Source of the DNA: Bacteroidales bacterium | Lineage (GTDB): Bacteria; Bacteroidota; Bacteroidia; Bacteroidales; JAADJA01 | Assembly: GCA_021107975.1 (NCBI GenBank) | Contig: JAIORT010000600.1 | Span: 1 to 29,693 of the forward strand | Length of the DNA: 29,693 nt | Reading direction: 5' to 3' | In this document: positions 9,508 to 17,784 of the stretch, piece by piece | Layout of the letters: every line of letters begins with the position of its first letter | How positions within the stretch are numbered: position 1 is the stretch's first letter | The notes under the pieces: model-generated | Told to the model about the DNA's origin: nothing | Databases searched by the model: none | The model's input: only the letters and a program-made list of their open reading frames with translations | Position numbers and translations under genes: made by a program

Positions 9508-9598
9508 TTATACCGATACGAAACAGGTTTACCAAATTTAAAAGGTTGTCCCTATCGGTATAACTAACTCTAAACAGCTTTTACTTCCTAAACCTGTT
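9508..9598 (+). other. Candidate structured RNA or element with interleaved inverted repeats (pseudoknot topology)
   Basis: ttataccgata 9508-9518 / tatcggtataa 9553-9563 (11 bp perfect); aacaggttta 9522-9531 / taaacctgtt 9589-9598 (10 bp perfect); order A-B-A'-B'. Confidence 0.5.
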
Positions 9599-9612
9599 AA
9601 GATTTAGTAAAC

Positions 9613-9819
9613 ATGGATAAAAATTGGGTGAAAATATTTTCAACAAGCGAAAATTATAAAGCCGAAATTCTTAAAGGATTATTATTAGAAAATAATATTG
9701 AAGCTGTTATTATTAATAAAAAGGATTCGGCATATTTATTCGGCGAACTTGAACTTTATGTTCGTATGGATAATGTATTAAAAGCTAAACGAATTATAAC
9801 TACACACAACGAGAAGTGA
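9613..9819 (+). CDS. DUF2007 small protein, copy 2
   Basis: 68 aa; KAEILKGLLLENNIEAVIINKKDSAY.FG..ELYV; 30 of 67 positions identical to copy 1 in a manual ungapped alignment. Confidence 0.75.
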   Translation: MDKNWVKIFSTSENYKAEILKGLLLENNIEAVIINKKDSAYLFGELELYVRMDNVLKAKRIITTHNEK

Positions 9820-10637
9820 AAATCCTTCTGACAAGAGCTTTTTCAGGCACGGTTTACGTAATACTTATAATGGGTTCTATTATTTGGGGACCTTTTGCTT
9901 TTGGAATATTGTTTTTATTTTTCCTAATTCTGAGCTTACTCGAATTTAATAAATTAGCATTAAAAGCAGGTTTTAAACCTGAAAAATTTACTTTTCTTTC
10001 CGTAGGAATTATTTTGTATTTACTGGTTTTATTATACTCGTGGGATTACCTTGCACCTGCAAGCCTGTTGTTGAGTTTACCATTGCTTTTCCTTGTTTTT
10101 ATCGTTGAAGTGTTCAGAAAGGAAGCCCGGTCATTCGGGAATATCGGACTAAGTGTTCTTGGGCTTATTTATATAGTTATTCCACTCTCAGTTATTAACC
10201 TCCTCTTTTATCCGGGTTTTGATATATCTGCTCCATACAAGGAAATTTTATATGGATTTTTTATTTTAATCTGGATGAATGATATTTTTGCTTATATAAC
10301 AGGAACACTTTTTGGAAAACACAAATTATTCAATAGCATTTCTCCTAATAAAACATGGGAGGGAAGTATTGGCGGAGCTGTTTTCAGTGTTGCAGGAGCT
10401 TACGTGTTATCTTTATTTTTCCACGAATTGAATACATTGGAATGGATAGGACTGGCATTCATTATTATAATTTTTGGTACTTTTGGCGATCTGTTTGAGT
10501 CTATGTTGAAAAGAAACCTGGATTTAAAAGACTCAGGTAATATAATGCCGGGGCATGGAGGTATTTTAGACAGGTTAGACAGTATTTTATTTGCTGCTCC
10601 TTTTGTCTTTATTTATTTTGCTTTTGTAATAAATTAG
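9816..10637 (+). CDS. cdsA: Phosphatidate cytidylyltransferase
   Basis: SPNKTWEG, KDSGNIMPGHGGILDRLDS; hydrophobic; GTG start overlaps the upstream TGA (GTGA). Confidence 0.95.
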   Translation: MKILLTRAFSGTVYVILIMGSIIWGPFAFGILFLFFLILSLLEFNKLALKAGFKPEKFTFLSVGIILYLLVLLYSWDYLAPASLLLSLPLLFLVFIVEVFRKEARSFGNIGLSVLGLIYIVIPLSVINLLFYPGFDISAPYKEILYGFFILIWMNDIFAYITGTLFGKHKLFNSISPNKTWEGSIGGAVFSVAGAYVLSLFFHELNTLEWIGLAFIIIIFGTFGDLFESMLKRNLDLKDSGNIMPGHGGILDRLDSILFAAPFVFIYFAFVIN

Positions 10638-10639
10638 TA

Positions 10640-11302
10640 ATGAAAATAAAGTTACATAAAGAAGGATATCCGGTAATAATCGTAGTGTTATTGCTTTTGC
10701 TGGTAATAGTAGTGCTGATTAATATATTATTTCCTAAACAAACACCAATTCATTATTTACTTTATCTTGCAGGATTGATATTTTATTTTTTTGTTGTCAG
10801 GTTCTTCAGGAATCCGATACGTGATGTTACTCCCCAAAATAATCTAATACTTAGCGGAGCCGACGGAAAAGTTGTAGTCATTGAGGAGGTTGAAATGAAG
10901 GAATATTTTAATGATAAACGAAAACAGGTATCTGTTTTTATGAGTCCACTTGATGTGCACGTTAACTGGTTTCCCGTAAGTGGTAAAATTAAGTATTATA
11001 AACATAATCCCGGTTCTTATTTTATTGCATCCAAACCTAAATCATCTGAGCAAAATGAGCGGACAACAGTTGTTGTTGAAACCCAAGACAATAAGGAAAT
11101 TCTGTTCCGCCAGATAGCAGGCACTGTTGCCCGGCGAATTGTATGTTATGCTAAAGAAGGAAAAGAAGCTACTCAGGGTGAGGAACTGGGAATAATAAAG
11201 TTTGGTTCGCGGTTCGACCTGTTTTTACCTCCGGATGCTAAAGTAGAAGTGGAATTAGGGCAAAAGACAATAGGTTGTGAAACGGTGATTGCAAGGTTTT
11301 GA
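10640..11302 (+). CDS. psd: Phosphatidylserine decarboxylase proenzyme (short type)
   Basis: FFRNP, ADGKVV, FMSPLDVHVNW, RQIAG..ARRI, self-cleavage motif FGSR. Confidence 0.93.
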   Translation: MKIKLHKEGYPVIIVVLLLLLVIVVLINILFPKQTPIHYLLYLAGLIFYFFVVRFFRNPIRDVTPQNNLILSGADGKVVVIEEVEMKEYFNDKRKQVSVFMSPLDVHVNWFPVSGKIKYYKHNPGSYFIASKPKSSEQNERTTVVVETQDNKEILFRQIAGTVARRIVCYAKEGKEATQGEELGIIKFGSRFDLFLPPDAKVEVELGQKTIGCETVIARF

Positions 11303-11356
11303 CAAGTAAACTGTAATTTGTAATTGCAAAATATTTTAGTATTAAATTGGATTGTA

Positions 11357-11409
11357 CCTGTCTGCATCGCTTATGCATAGCTTTATCGGAGCAAAGCCGA
11401 CAAGGCAGG
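11357..11409. repeat. Nested palindromic element between the convergent psd and hicA genes (REP-like or bidirectional terminator)
   Basis: Outer cctgtct / aggcagg; inner gcttt-atcggagc-aaagc. Confidence 0.5.
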
Positions 11410-11476
11410 AATCCCGGTGTCTAACGTCCTTTAAGTTATAAACTTCAGGGTGCAGGGAAAAAGACAGAATAGTTAT

Positions 11477-11683
11477 CTATAATTTACTAAATTCTTCAAG
11501 GGTTAAACCCGACTGTTTTAATATAGAATGAAAAGTACCTATAGGAATATCTTTTGTGTGAAATGCAACATAAGTTTGCCTACCATTAGGATGTCTCAAA
11601 ATAATATGGGAGCCGGATTGACGTTTGATGACAAATCCAGCCTTCTGTAATTTTCTAAGGACTTCTTTAGATGAATAAGGCAT
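11477..11683 (-). CDS. hicA: HicA-family toxin (dsRBD-fold mRNA interferase)
   Basis: 68 aa; LQKAGF..KRQSGSHIILRHP...HTKDIPIGTFHSILKQSGL. Confidence 0.92.
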   Translation of the reverse strand: MPYSSKEVLRKLQKAGFVIKRQSGSHIILRHPNGRQTYVAFHTKDIPIGTFHSILKQSGLTLEEFSKL

Positions 11684-11909
11684 CTTCCAATTCTATTGAA
11701 GAAATATATGACTCATTTTCTTTCTTAATGACTTCACCATTTGCTTTTCTCTCCTCAATCCATAATGTTAATAAATCATTCATGGCGTTTTTGGCTCCTT
11801 CAAGCCCTAATCCATGAGTGGTTAAACCTAAAGAAGGAACATAAGCATAATAGTAATCCTCATGGAAATCCTGCTCTTCAATTTTTTCATATAATATTGT
11901 ATATTTCAT
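11667..11909 (-). CDS. hicB: HicB-family antitoxin, short form (80 aa, no obvious DNA-binding domain). Start moved from 11936 to 11909.
   Basis: YYAYVPSLGLTTHG..LEGAKNAMNDLLTLWIE partial RNase H-like pattern; overlaps hicA by 17 nt; the -7 box at 11924-11931 lies inside the longer ORF call. Confidence 0.82.
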   Translation of the reverse strand: MKYTILYEKIEEQDFHEDYYYAYVPSLGLTTHGLGLEGAKNAMNDLLTLWIEERKANGEVIKKENESYISSIELEDALFI

Positions 11910-11923
11910 TCTTTGTATTTTTA

Positions 11924-11931
11924 CAAAAATA
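11924..11931 (-). promoter_or_regulatory. -7 promoter element (TATTTTTG) for hicBA
   Basis: Exact TAnnTTTG on the minus strand, 14 nt before ATG 11909. Confidence 0.6.
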
Positions 11932-11966
11932 ATCAATTATTAATTAAATGTTTACCAAAAACACAT

Positions 11967-13595
11967 CTAAAACTTCTCATCATACTTTGTCCACAGGAAA
12001 TCGCCCAATTCCCATGCTTTCTTAACAACCTTATTACCCCATTCATTTGTATAATTGGTGAGTAACAATATTGTTTCTTCAGGTTTATTCGGATCGTACA
12101 TTTCAAGAGCTTCGGTTTCAATCTCTTTTTGCTTTTCAAATAATTCCTTCTGCCAGGGAGTCCACACTGCATCCACATCATATCGCATATCGCCCCAACG
12201 CTGGGCAGTCAGTGTTCCCAACCGGTTAAATGTCCACCATGCTGACTCATTAGTAAACCCATTTGGTCTTCCTGGGGTTTTATATGGCTTGGGAAGGTCG
12301 GTTACGCTGCAGTAAACCGGAATATAAATAGATGTTGCTACATTATCCATAGCCAGCCAAACCACACCGCCAATTTCATCAGGCAAATAGTTGCGGCATT
12401 GGATGATAGTTGCATACATAGTGTACCATCGGGCAATGGTTCTTTCTCCGAGAAATCTGATATCACCTGATTCATCATCAACATGATACCAGCCACCCCG
12501 GACATTTTGTATATTTAATTGATCATAAGGCATAAATGGATTTGCAAGCGGCGAAACAATGGTCTTCCCATCTTTATCCGATGTAGTAAGCAATCTTGTC
12601 ATATCATAAGGAGTGCTTTCATAATAATCCTTAAATATGGAAACCAGCTTTTCAAGAGATACAAGTGTATCCGGCTTCACAGAAAACGGAAAATTTTCTG
12701 CATTGGGATCAAGATGTAATGAGGGAGCAAAAAGATCAAATACACGCCATTCTCTTCTGCGGGCTGCAATAGATGTACGGCTGTGCGGTGCATAAGCATA
12801 ACAAAACCTGAATGGTTTCTCATCCGGGTTCCACCAGCCACTGTCTTTTGCCATCTCAAAAATATTTGCCGAAGCTAAAAAACAATCAGGGTCATTTAAA
12901 TCAATTTGCCTGATAGTACTTGCGTTAGCATTTACACTAATGTGTTCATCAGGCACTCTTTGTGCAACCCAGATAGCGCCAACCTTTCCCTTTCCCGGAC
13001 CTAAGATCTCAAAATGCCAGACCTCATTTTTATCAGCAATGGTCAGACATTCCCCTGCATCGCTCCAGCCATATTTCTTAGTCAGATCATCTGCCATTTT
13101 TATAGCTCCTCTTGCCGTAGAGCAGCGTTCCAGCATAAGCTGACATAACCGCTGGCAATCTATCAAACCGGAATCCGATTGAAGGCAATCCCTGCCACCG
13201 AAAGTGGATTCGCCTATTGCCAGTTGTTTTTCATTCATGCAGGGATAGGCAGTATTTATATAACCGTAAGTATGCCCGACTTGCGGAATTTCACCGATTA
13301 TATTGTGAGAGTATGTCGGCATGGCAAAGGTGTCGCAGGCAACTCTTTTGTACATAGGAGTTGTTGAGCCGGGTTTATAATCTTTAGGTGGCTGAATATC
13401 AATCCATGAACGTGTCCTGTGGCTGTCGTCGGTATGTGAAGTGAACACCGAACCATCGACACTGGCTTTTTTACCAACTGTAATTGATGTGCAGCCATCG
13501 GGATAACCGCCAACCCAATCCGATTTATCTATTTGTGAATACCCTGATAATGATATTAAAAATGCCACACTTAAAAATAAAAAATATTTTTTCAT
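11967..13595 (-). CDS. Secreted/periplasmic peptidase family C69 (dipeptidase, Ntn-hydrolase)
   Basis: Signal peptide MKKYFLFLSVAFLISLSGYSQ; DGCTSITVGKKASVDGS (nucleophile Cys); MNEKQLAIGESTF; GECLTIAD..EVWHFEI; WVAQRVPD. Confidence 0.9.
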   Translation of the reverse strand: MKKYFLFLSVAFLISLSGYSQIDKSDWVGGYPDGCTSITVGKKASVDGSVFTSHTDDSHRTRSWIDIQPPKDYKPGSTTPMYKRVACDTFAMPTYSHNIIGEIPQVGHTYGYINTAYPCMNEKQLAIGESTFGGRDCLQSDSGLIDCQRLCQLMLERCSTARGAIKMADDLTKKYGWSDAGECLTIADKNEVWHFEILGPGKGKVGAIWVAQRVPDEHISVNANASTIRQIDLNDPDCFLASANIFEMAKDSGWWNPDEKPFRFCYAYAPHSRTSIAARRREWRVFDLFAPSLHLDPNAENFPFSVKPDTLVSLEKLVSIFKDYYESTPYDMTRLLTTSDKDGKTIVSPLANPFMPYDQLNIQNVRGGWYHVDDESGDIRFLGERTIARWYTMYATIIQCRNYLPDEIGGVVWLAMDNVATSIYIPVYCSVTDLPKPYKTPGRPNGFTNESAWWTFNRLGTLTAQRWGDMRYDVDAVWTPWQKELFEKQKEIETEALEMYDPNKPEETILLLTNYTNEWGNKVVKKAWELGDFLWTKYDEKF

Positions 13596-13691
13596 AATGT
13601 AAAATTTACAATTTCATAATTCTCCAATTTCATTTTTTTTGCTCAAACATTTTATAATGTTCTCTAATTGCCGTTGATATTTTTTAATAAC

Positions 13692-13699
13692 TATTTTTG
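13692..13699 (+). promoter_or_regulatory. -7 promoter element (TATTTTTG) for purF
   Basis: Exact TAnnTTTG match in the divergent intergenic region. Confidence 0.55.
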
Positions 13700-13763
13700 C
13701 AGTAAAGAGCAAGTGCGAATTTATTATAAAATAAAATAAAGAGCCTGATAAATTTATAAATAA

Positions 13764-15665
13764 ATGAGTGAGTTGATAAAACACGAATGCGGTATTGCCC
13801 TTATTCGCTTATTAAAACCCCTTGAGTATTACCTGTCGAAATATGGCACGGGGTTTTACGGGCTTAACAAATTACATCTGTTAATGCAAAAGCAACACAA
13901 CAGGGGGCAGGATGGGGCAGGTATAGCCGGTATTAAGCTCGACATGGAGCCAGGGCATAATTATATCAGCAGAATTCGCTCAAATTCAGAATCTCCGATT
14001 AAAGATATTTTCAACAAGGTTTACAATAAGCTAATCAAACTGCAAAAAAAACATCCTGACCGTTTAAAAGATGTCCAATGGTTGAAAAACAATATAGACT
14101 TTACCGGTGAACTATTCCTCGGTCATCTTCGATATGGTACTTATGGACAAAATAAAATTGACAACCTACATCCTGTTATAAGAGCAAATAACTGGATAAC
14201 ACGGAATCTTGTTTTAGCCGGTAACTTTAATATGACAAATGTTGATGAACTTTTTAACAAGCTGGTTGAGTACGGTCAATATCCCGTAGAAACATCTGAT
14301 ACTATAACCATACTTGAAAAGATCGGTCATTTTCTTGATGAGGAAAATGAAAGACTTTACCGGCAATTTAAAAAAGAGGGTTATTCAAAAAAAGAAAGCA
14401 CTGATAAAATTGCCGATAGCCTGGACTTACAAAGCATCTTGCAAAAATCATCCGTTAACTGGGATGGCGGTTACACAATCGCAGGATTATTGGGTCATGG
14501 AGATGCCTTTGTTTTAAGAGACCCATCAGGAATAAGACCGGCTTTTTATTACAAAGACGATGAAGTGGTGGTGGCTGCTTCCGAAAGACCCGTTATCCAA
14601 ACTGCTTTCAATGTTCCGGTTGATAGAATTAAAGATTTGCAGCCCGGTCATGTCCTGATAATAAAAAAAGACGGACGAGCAGGTGAATTTCTTTGTAAAG
14701 AAAAAAGAGAACATAAATCCTGCTCTTTTGAAAGAATTTATTTTTCCAGGGGAACCGACAAGGATATTTACACTGAACGAAAGCGACTTGGAAAACTTCT
14801 TACACCTTCTATTCTGAAAGTTATTGATTACGATTTGGAAAACACGGTTTTTTCGTATATTCCAAACACAGCGTCGGTTGCTTTCCGTGGGCTTGCCGAA
14901 GAACTTGATTTATTCTGCAATTCGGTTAAAAAAGATAAAATCATTCAATTGGGAGAGAATATCACTTCTGAAAAGCTTGATAAAATTTTACAGTTAAAAC
15001 CCCGAATTGAAAAAATTGCAGTTAAAGATGTTAAATTAAGAACCTTTATCACACAAGAAAATCAACGGAATGACCTTGTGGGACACGTATATGATGTTAC
15101 CTATGGAATTATCAGAAAGGGAGTTGACAATTTATTGATTCTTGATGATTCAATTGTTCGTGGCACAACTCTAAAACAAAGTATCATCAGGATACTCGAC
15201 AGATTAGGGCCTAAAAAAATAATTGTTGCTTCCTCTGCTCCTCAAATCCGCTATCCTGATTGTTATGGCATTGATATGACAAAATTGAATAATTTTATTG
15301 CTTTCAGAGCAACCATTGAATTGCTACGGGATACCAACCGGCAAAATGTCATTAACGAAGTTTATAAAAAATGCAAGGAGCAGGAAAACAAACCAAAGGA
15401 AGAAATTATTAACTATGTGAAAGAGATTTATAAACCTTTTACAGCCGGGCAAATCTCAGATAAAATTGCAGAAATGCTTACTACTAAACAAATTAATGCA
15501 GAAGTAAAAATAATTTATCAAACCATTGAAGACCTGCATGAGGCTATTCCAAATCATAAAGGTGACTGGTATTTTACCGGTGATTATCCGACCCCCGGAG
15601 GAAATAAGGTGGTTAACAAATCATTTATAAATTATATAGAAGGAAGAAATGAAAGAGCCTATTAA
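13764..15665 (+). CDS. purF: Amidophosphoribosyltransferase (long Bacteroidota type)
   Basis: HECGI (GATase-2 Cys), QHNRGQDGAG, GHLRYGT, DDSIVRGTT, SSAPQIRYPDCYGIDM. Confidence 0.95.
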   Translation: MSELIKHECGIALIRLLKPLEYYLSKYGTGFYGLNKLHLLMQKQHNRGQDGAGIAGIKLDMEPGHNYISRIRSNSESPIKDIFNKVYNKLIKLQKKHPDRLKDVQWLKNNIDFTGELFLGHLRYGTYGQNKIDNLHPVIRANNWITRNLVLAGNFNMTNVDELFNKLVEYGQYPVETSDTITILEKIGHFLDEENERLYRQFKKEGYSKKESTDKIADSLDLQSILQKSSVNWDGGYTIAGLLGHGDAFVLRDPSGIRPAFYYKDDEVVVAASERPVIQTAFNVPVDRIKDLQPGHVLIIKKDGRAGEFLCKEKREHKSCSFERIYFSRGTDKDIYTERKRLGKLLTPSILKVIDYDLENTVFSYIPNTASVAFRGLAEELDLFCNSVKKDKIIQLGENITSEKLDKILQLKPRIEKIAVKDVKLRTFITQENQRNDLVGHVYDVTYGIIRKGVDNLLILDDSIVRGTTLKQSIIRILDRLGPKKIIVASSAPQIRYPDCYGIDMTKLNNFIAFRATIELLRDTNRQNVINEVYKKCKEQENKPKEEIINYVKEIYKPFTAGQISDKIAEMLTTKQINAEVKIIYQTIEDLHEAIPNHKGDWYFTGDYPTPGGNKVVNKSFINYIEGRNERAY

Positions 15666-15669
15666 AATT

Positions 15670-15698
15670 TTAGATTTATGATTTTAGATTTATAGATT
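15670..15698. repeat. 7-bp-period tandem repeat between the convergent purF and HIT genes
   Basis: ttagatt tatgatt ttagatt tatagatt. Confidence 0.65.
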
Positions 15699-15701
15699 AT
15701 T

Positions 15702-16103
15702 TTATTTTTCAAACTCATTATTAATCTTTGTGGCAATTTCAATAAATTCTTCCTCTGTCATTTCAACTTTAGGTTTACTGAAATCAATATCATTTCCGGT
15801 TCCTTTAAGCGGGATCAAATGGATATGGGCATGAGGTATATCCAATCCATACACAACCATACCGAGCCTGATGCATTTTACACTTTTCTCAATAGCTTCG
15901 GAAACTTTTTTAACAAAGTCAAAGAAACCAGTATATGTTACGTCATCCAAATCAAAGAGGTAATCAACTTCCTTTTTAGGAACAACAAGGGTATGTCCCT
16001 CAGTTAGAGGATTTATATCAAGGAATGCATAATAATTGTTATCTTCGGCTACTTTATACGAAGGAATCTCTCCATTAATAATTTTTGTAAAAATGCTTGC
16101 CAT
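15702..16103 (-). CDS. HIT-family nucleotide hydrolase
   Basis: SIFTKIINGEIP, AFLDINPLTEGHTLVVPK, histidine triad HAHIHLIP; start overlaps the greA stop (TAATG). Confidence 0.93.
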   Translation of the reverse strand: MASIFTKIINGEIPSYKVAEDNNYYAFLDINPLTEGHTLVVPKKEVDYLFDLDDVTYTGFFDFVKKVSEAIEKSVKCIRLGMVVYGLDIPHAHIHLIPLKGTGNDIDFSKPKVEMTEEEFIEIATKINNEFEK

Positions 16104-16576
16104 TATCTTGTTATTTCAATAATTTTAAAAGTAATAATTCCTGCCGGCACTTTTATTTCAGCGGTTTCGCCAACTTGTTTTCCAAGCAATCCTCTCGCTA
16201 TTGGTGAGGTTACTGATATTTTACCCGACTTAAAATCTGCTTCCTGTTCAGGAACAAGCGTATATGTCATTTCAATCCCGTTTTTTAGGTTTTTGATTTT
16301 AATTGTTGATAAAAGCAAAACCTTTGAAGTATCTAATTTAGATTCATCAAATATTCTTGCATTCATTACCAACTCCTGCAATTTTGCAATTTTTAGTTCC
16401 AACAATCCCTGAGTATCTTTGGCGGCAGTATATTCAGCGTTCTCCGACAAATCACCTTTATCTCTTGCTTCAGCTATTTGCTTGGAAATAGCCGGTCTCT
16501 CGACCCTGATGAGTTGCTCAAGTTCGTCTTTTAAGTTTTGCAATCCTTCTTTTGTATAATAATTAACTTTCGTCAT
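16103..16576 (-). CDS. greA: Transcription elongation factor GreA
   Basis: ARDKGDLSENAEY, ISVTSPIARGLLGK. Confidence 0.97.
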   Translation of the reverse strand: MTKVNYYTKEGLQNLKDELEQLIRVERPAISKQIAEARDKGDLSENAEYTAAKDTQGLLELKIAKLQELVMNARIFDESKLDTSKVLLLSTIKIKNLKNGIEMTYTLVPEQEADFKSGKISVTSPIARGLLGKQVGETAEIKVPAGIITFKIIEITR

Positions 16577-16603
16577 GTTACTACTTTCAGTTAAAAAAAA
16601 ATA

Positions 16604-16636
16604 TAAAAAGACCCTTGAAATTAAGGGTCCTTTTAT
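16604..16636 (-). terminator. Intrinsic terminator downstream of the porV-like gene and upstream of greA
   Basis: gaccctt (16610-16616) / aagggtc (16623-16629) stem, followed on the minus strand by TTTTTATATTTTTTTTT; also T-flanked on the plus strand. Confidence 0.8.
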
Positions 16637-16674
16637 TAAATCTGTGTGATATAAAAGTAAAATCCGACCGTACC

Positions 16675-17739
16675 TTATAAGGTAAATCTAATCCCTATAG
16701 AATGAGTATTATTAAAATGATCAGTAGGTCTAAATGAATAATCTACAGCAAAAATACTTCCTTTTTCTTTATTTAAAGGAACCTGAACAGTAAAACCACC
16801 GCTAAATCCTTTGTTTGCATTTGATCTTTCCGGATCGTCAATATTCTTCCCAATGCCTTCTTCGTACGAATATGCCGCTCTCAGCAATACGTAATTTTTA
16901 TACGAGTATTCCCCGCCAACAATTAATTGGTCTTTTGTAAAGGAGTTTGATGCAAAATTTCCTGCAATTGTAAATCTCGATTCGTCGAATAAAAAGTCAT
17001 AGGCTACTCCAATATTCAATTGTGCAGGTAATTCAAAAGCCGCTCCTCTCTGTGTCATAGTATATTTATTATCTTTTCCGGCATACAGCGTTTTTAATGA
17101 ATATCCGTCGCCTGAGAACTTCATTTTTGGTCCCCAGTTTCTTAATGAAACACCAAATTTAACGTTTTCCTTCTCACCGGCAACATATTGAATGCCGGCG
17201 TCAATTGCAACACCCTGAGCAGAAGCATCCGAGATTGATTCGGAAATAATTTTCAGTGTCAATCCCCCGTAAATGCTGTTAGAGAATGCTTTTGCATAAC
17301 CAAGTGCAATATTAAGATATCGTGGAGAGAAAGTACCTATGCCTCCTTCCGGTGAACCAACTGTTGTTTTCTCAATTTCACCAAAATTCATTGACATAAC
17401 GCTTACACCAATTACACCTGCATCGCTAACTCTCGCAGTAATACCAAACGACATAAGCTTAATGTCAGCTCCTCTCAACCAATCAGTATAAGAGAATATT
17501 AACTCTGTTTTCTGAGTAAATGCAATACCTGCAATATTGTTAAACATTCCTTCTAATCCCTGCACATTTGCAACATTCACTCCACCCCATCCCGAACTTC
17601 GTGCCCACGGATTTATGAGAAGTTCTGCCGCTCCTGCCTCACCTGACCTGTCTTTATTACCGGCATTGACTTTATGTACGGGAAACGCTATAATACTTAT
17701 TAAGAATATTACACCTAAGTATTTATAAAAATTCTTCAT
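16675..17739 (-). CDS. PorV/PorQ-family outer-membrane beta-barrel (T9SS PorV paralog)
   Basis: Signal peptide ending VNA; ELLINPWARSSGWG resembles the PorV N-terminal L.I.P.AR..GMG motif; alternating barrel strands; ends THSIGIRFTL. Confidence 0.8.
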   Translation of the reverse strand: MKNFYKYLGVIFLISIIAFPVHKVNAGNKDRSGEAGAAELLINPWARSSGWGGVNVANVQGLEGMFNNIAGIAFTQKTELIFSYTDWLRGADIKLMSFGITARVSDAGVIGVSVMSMNFGEIEKTTVGSPEGGIGTFSPRYLNIALGYAKAFSNSIYGGLTLKIISESISDASAQGVAIDAGIQYVAGEKENVKFGVSLRNWGPKMKFSGDGYSLKTLYAGKDNKYTMTQRGAAFELPAQLNIGVAYDFLFDESRFTIAGNFASNSFTKDQLIVGGEYSYKNYVLLRAAYSYEEGIGKNIDDPERSNANKGFSGGFTVQVPLNKEKGSIFAVDYSFRPTDHFNNTHSIGIRFTL

Positions 17740-17784
17740 ACTAATATATTTTTAATGTTTCATTAATTATTCTTTCACAAAATA

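Noticed and set aside
9508-9598. HDV-like or hammerhead ribozyme interpretation of the pseudoknot
   Set aside because: The spacing loosely recalls P1/P2, but I could not find P3/L3, P1.1, the J4/2 catalytic C context, or the CUGANGA/GAAA core
11303-11966. Transposon or IS carrying hicBA
   Set aside because: No transposase, terminal inverted repeats or target-site duplication visible
16675-17739. Calling this gene canonical porV
   Set aside because: No adjacent porU, and the N-terminal motif diverges; left as a PorV-family paralog without a symbol
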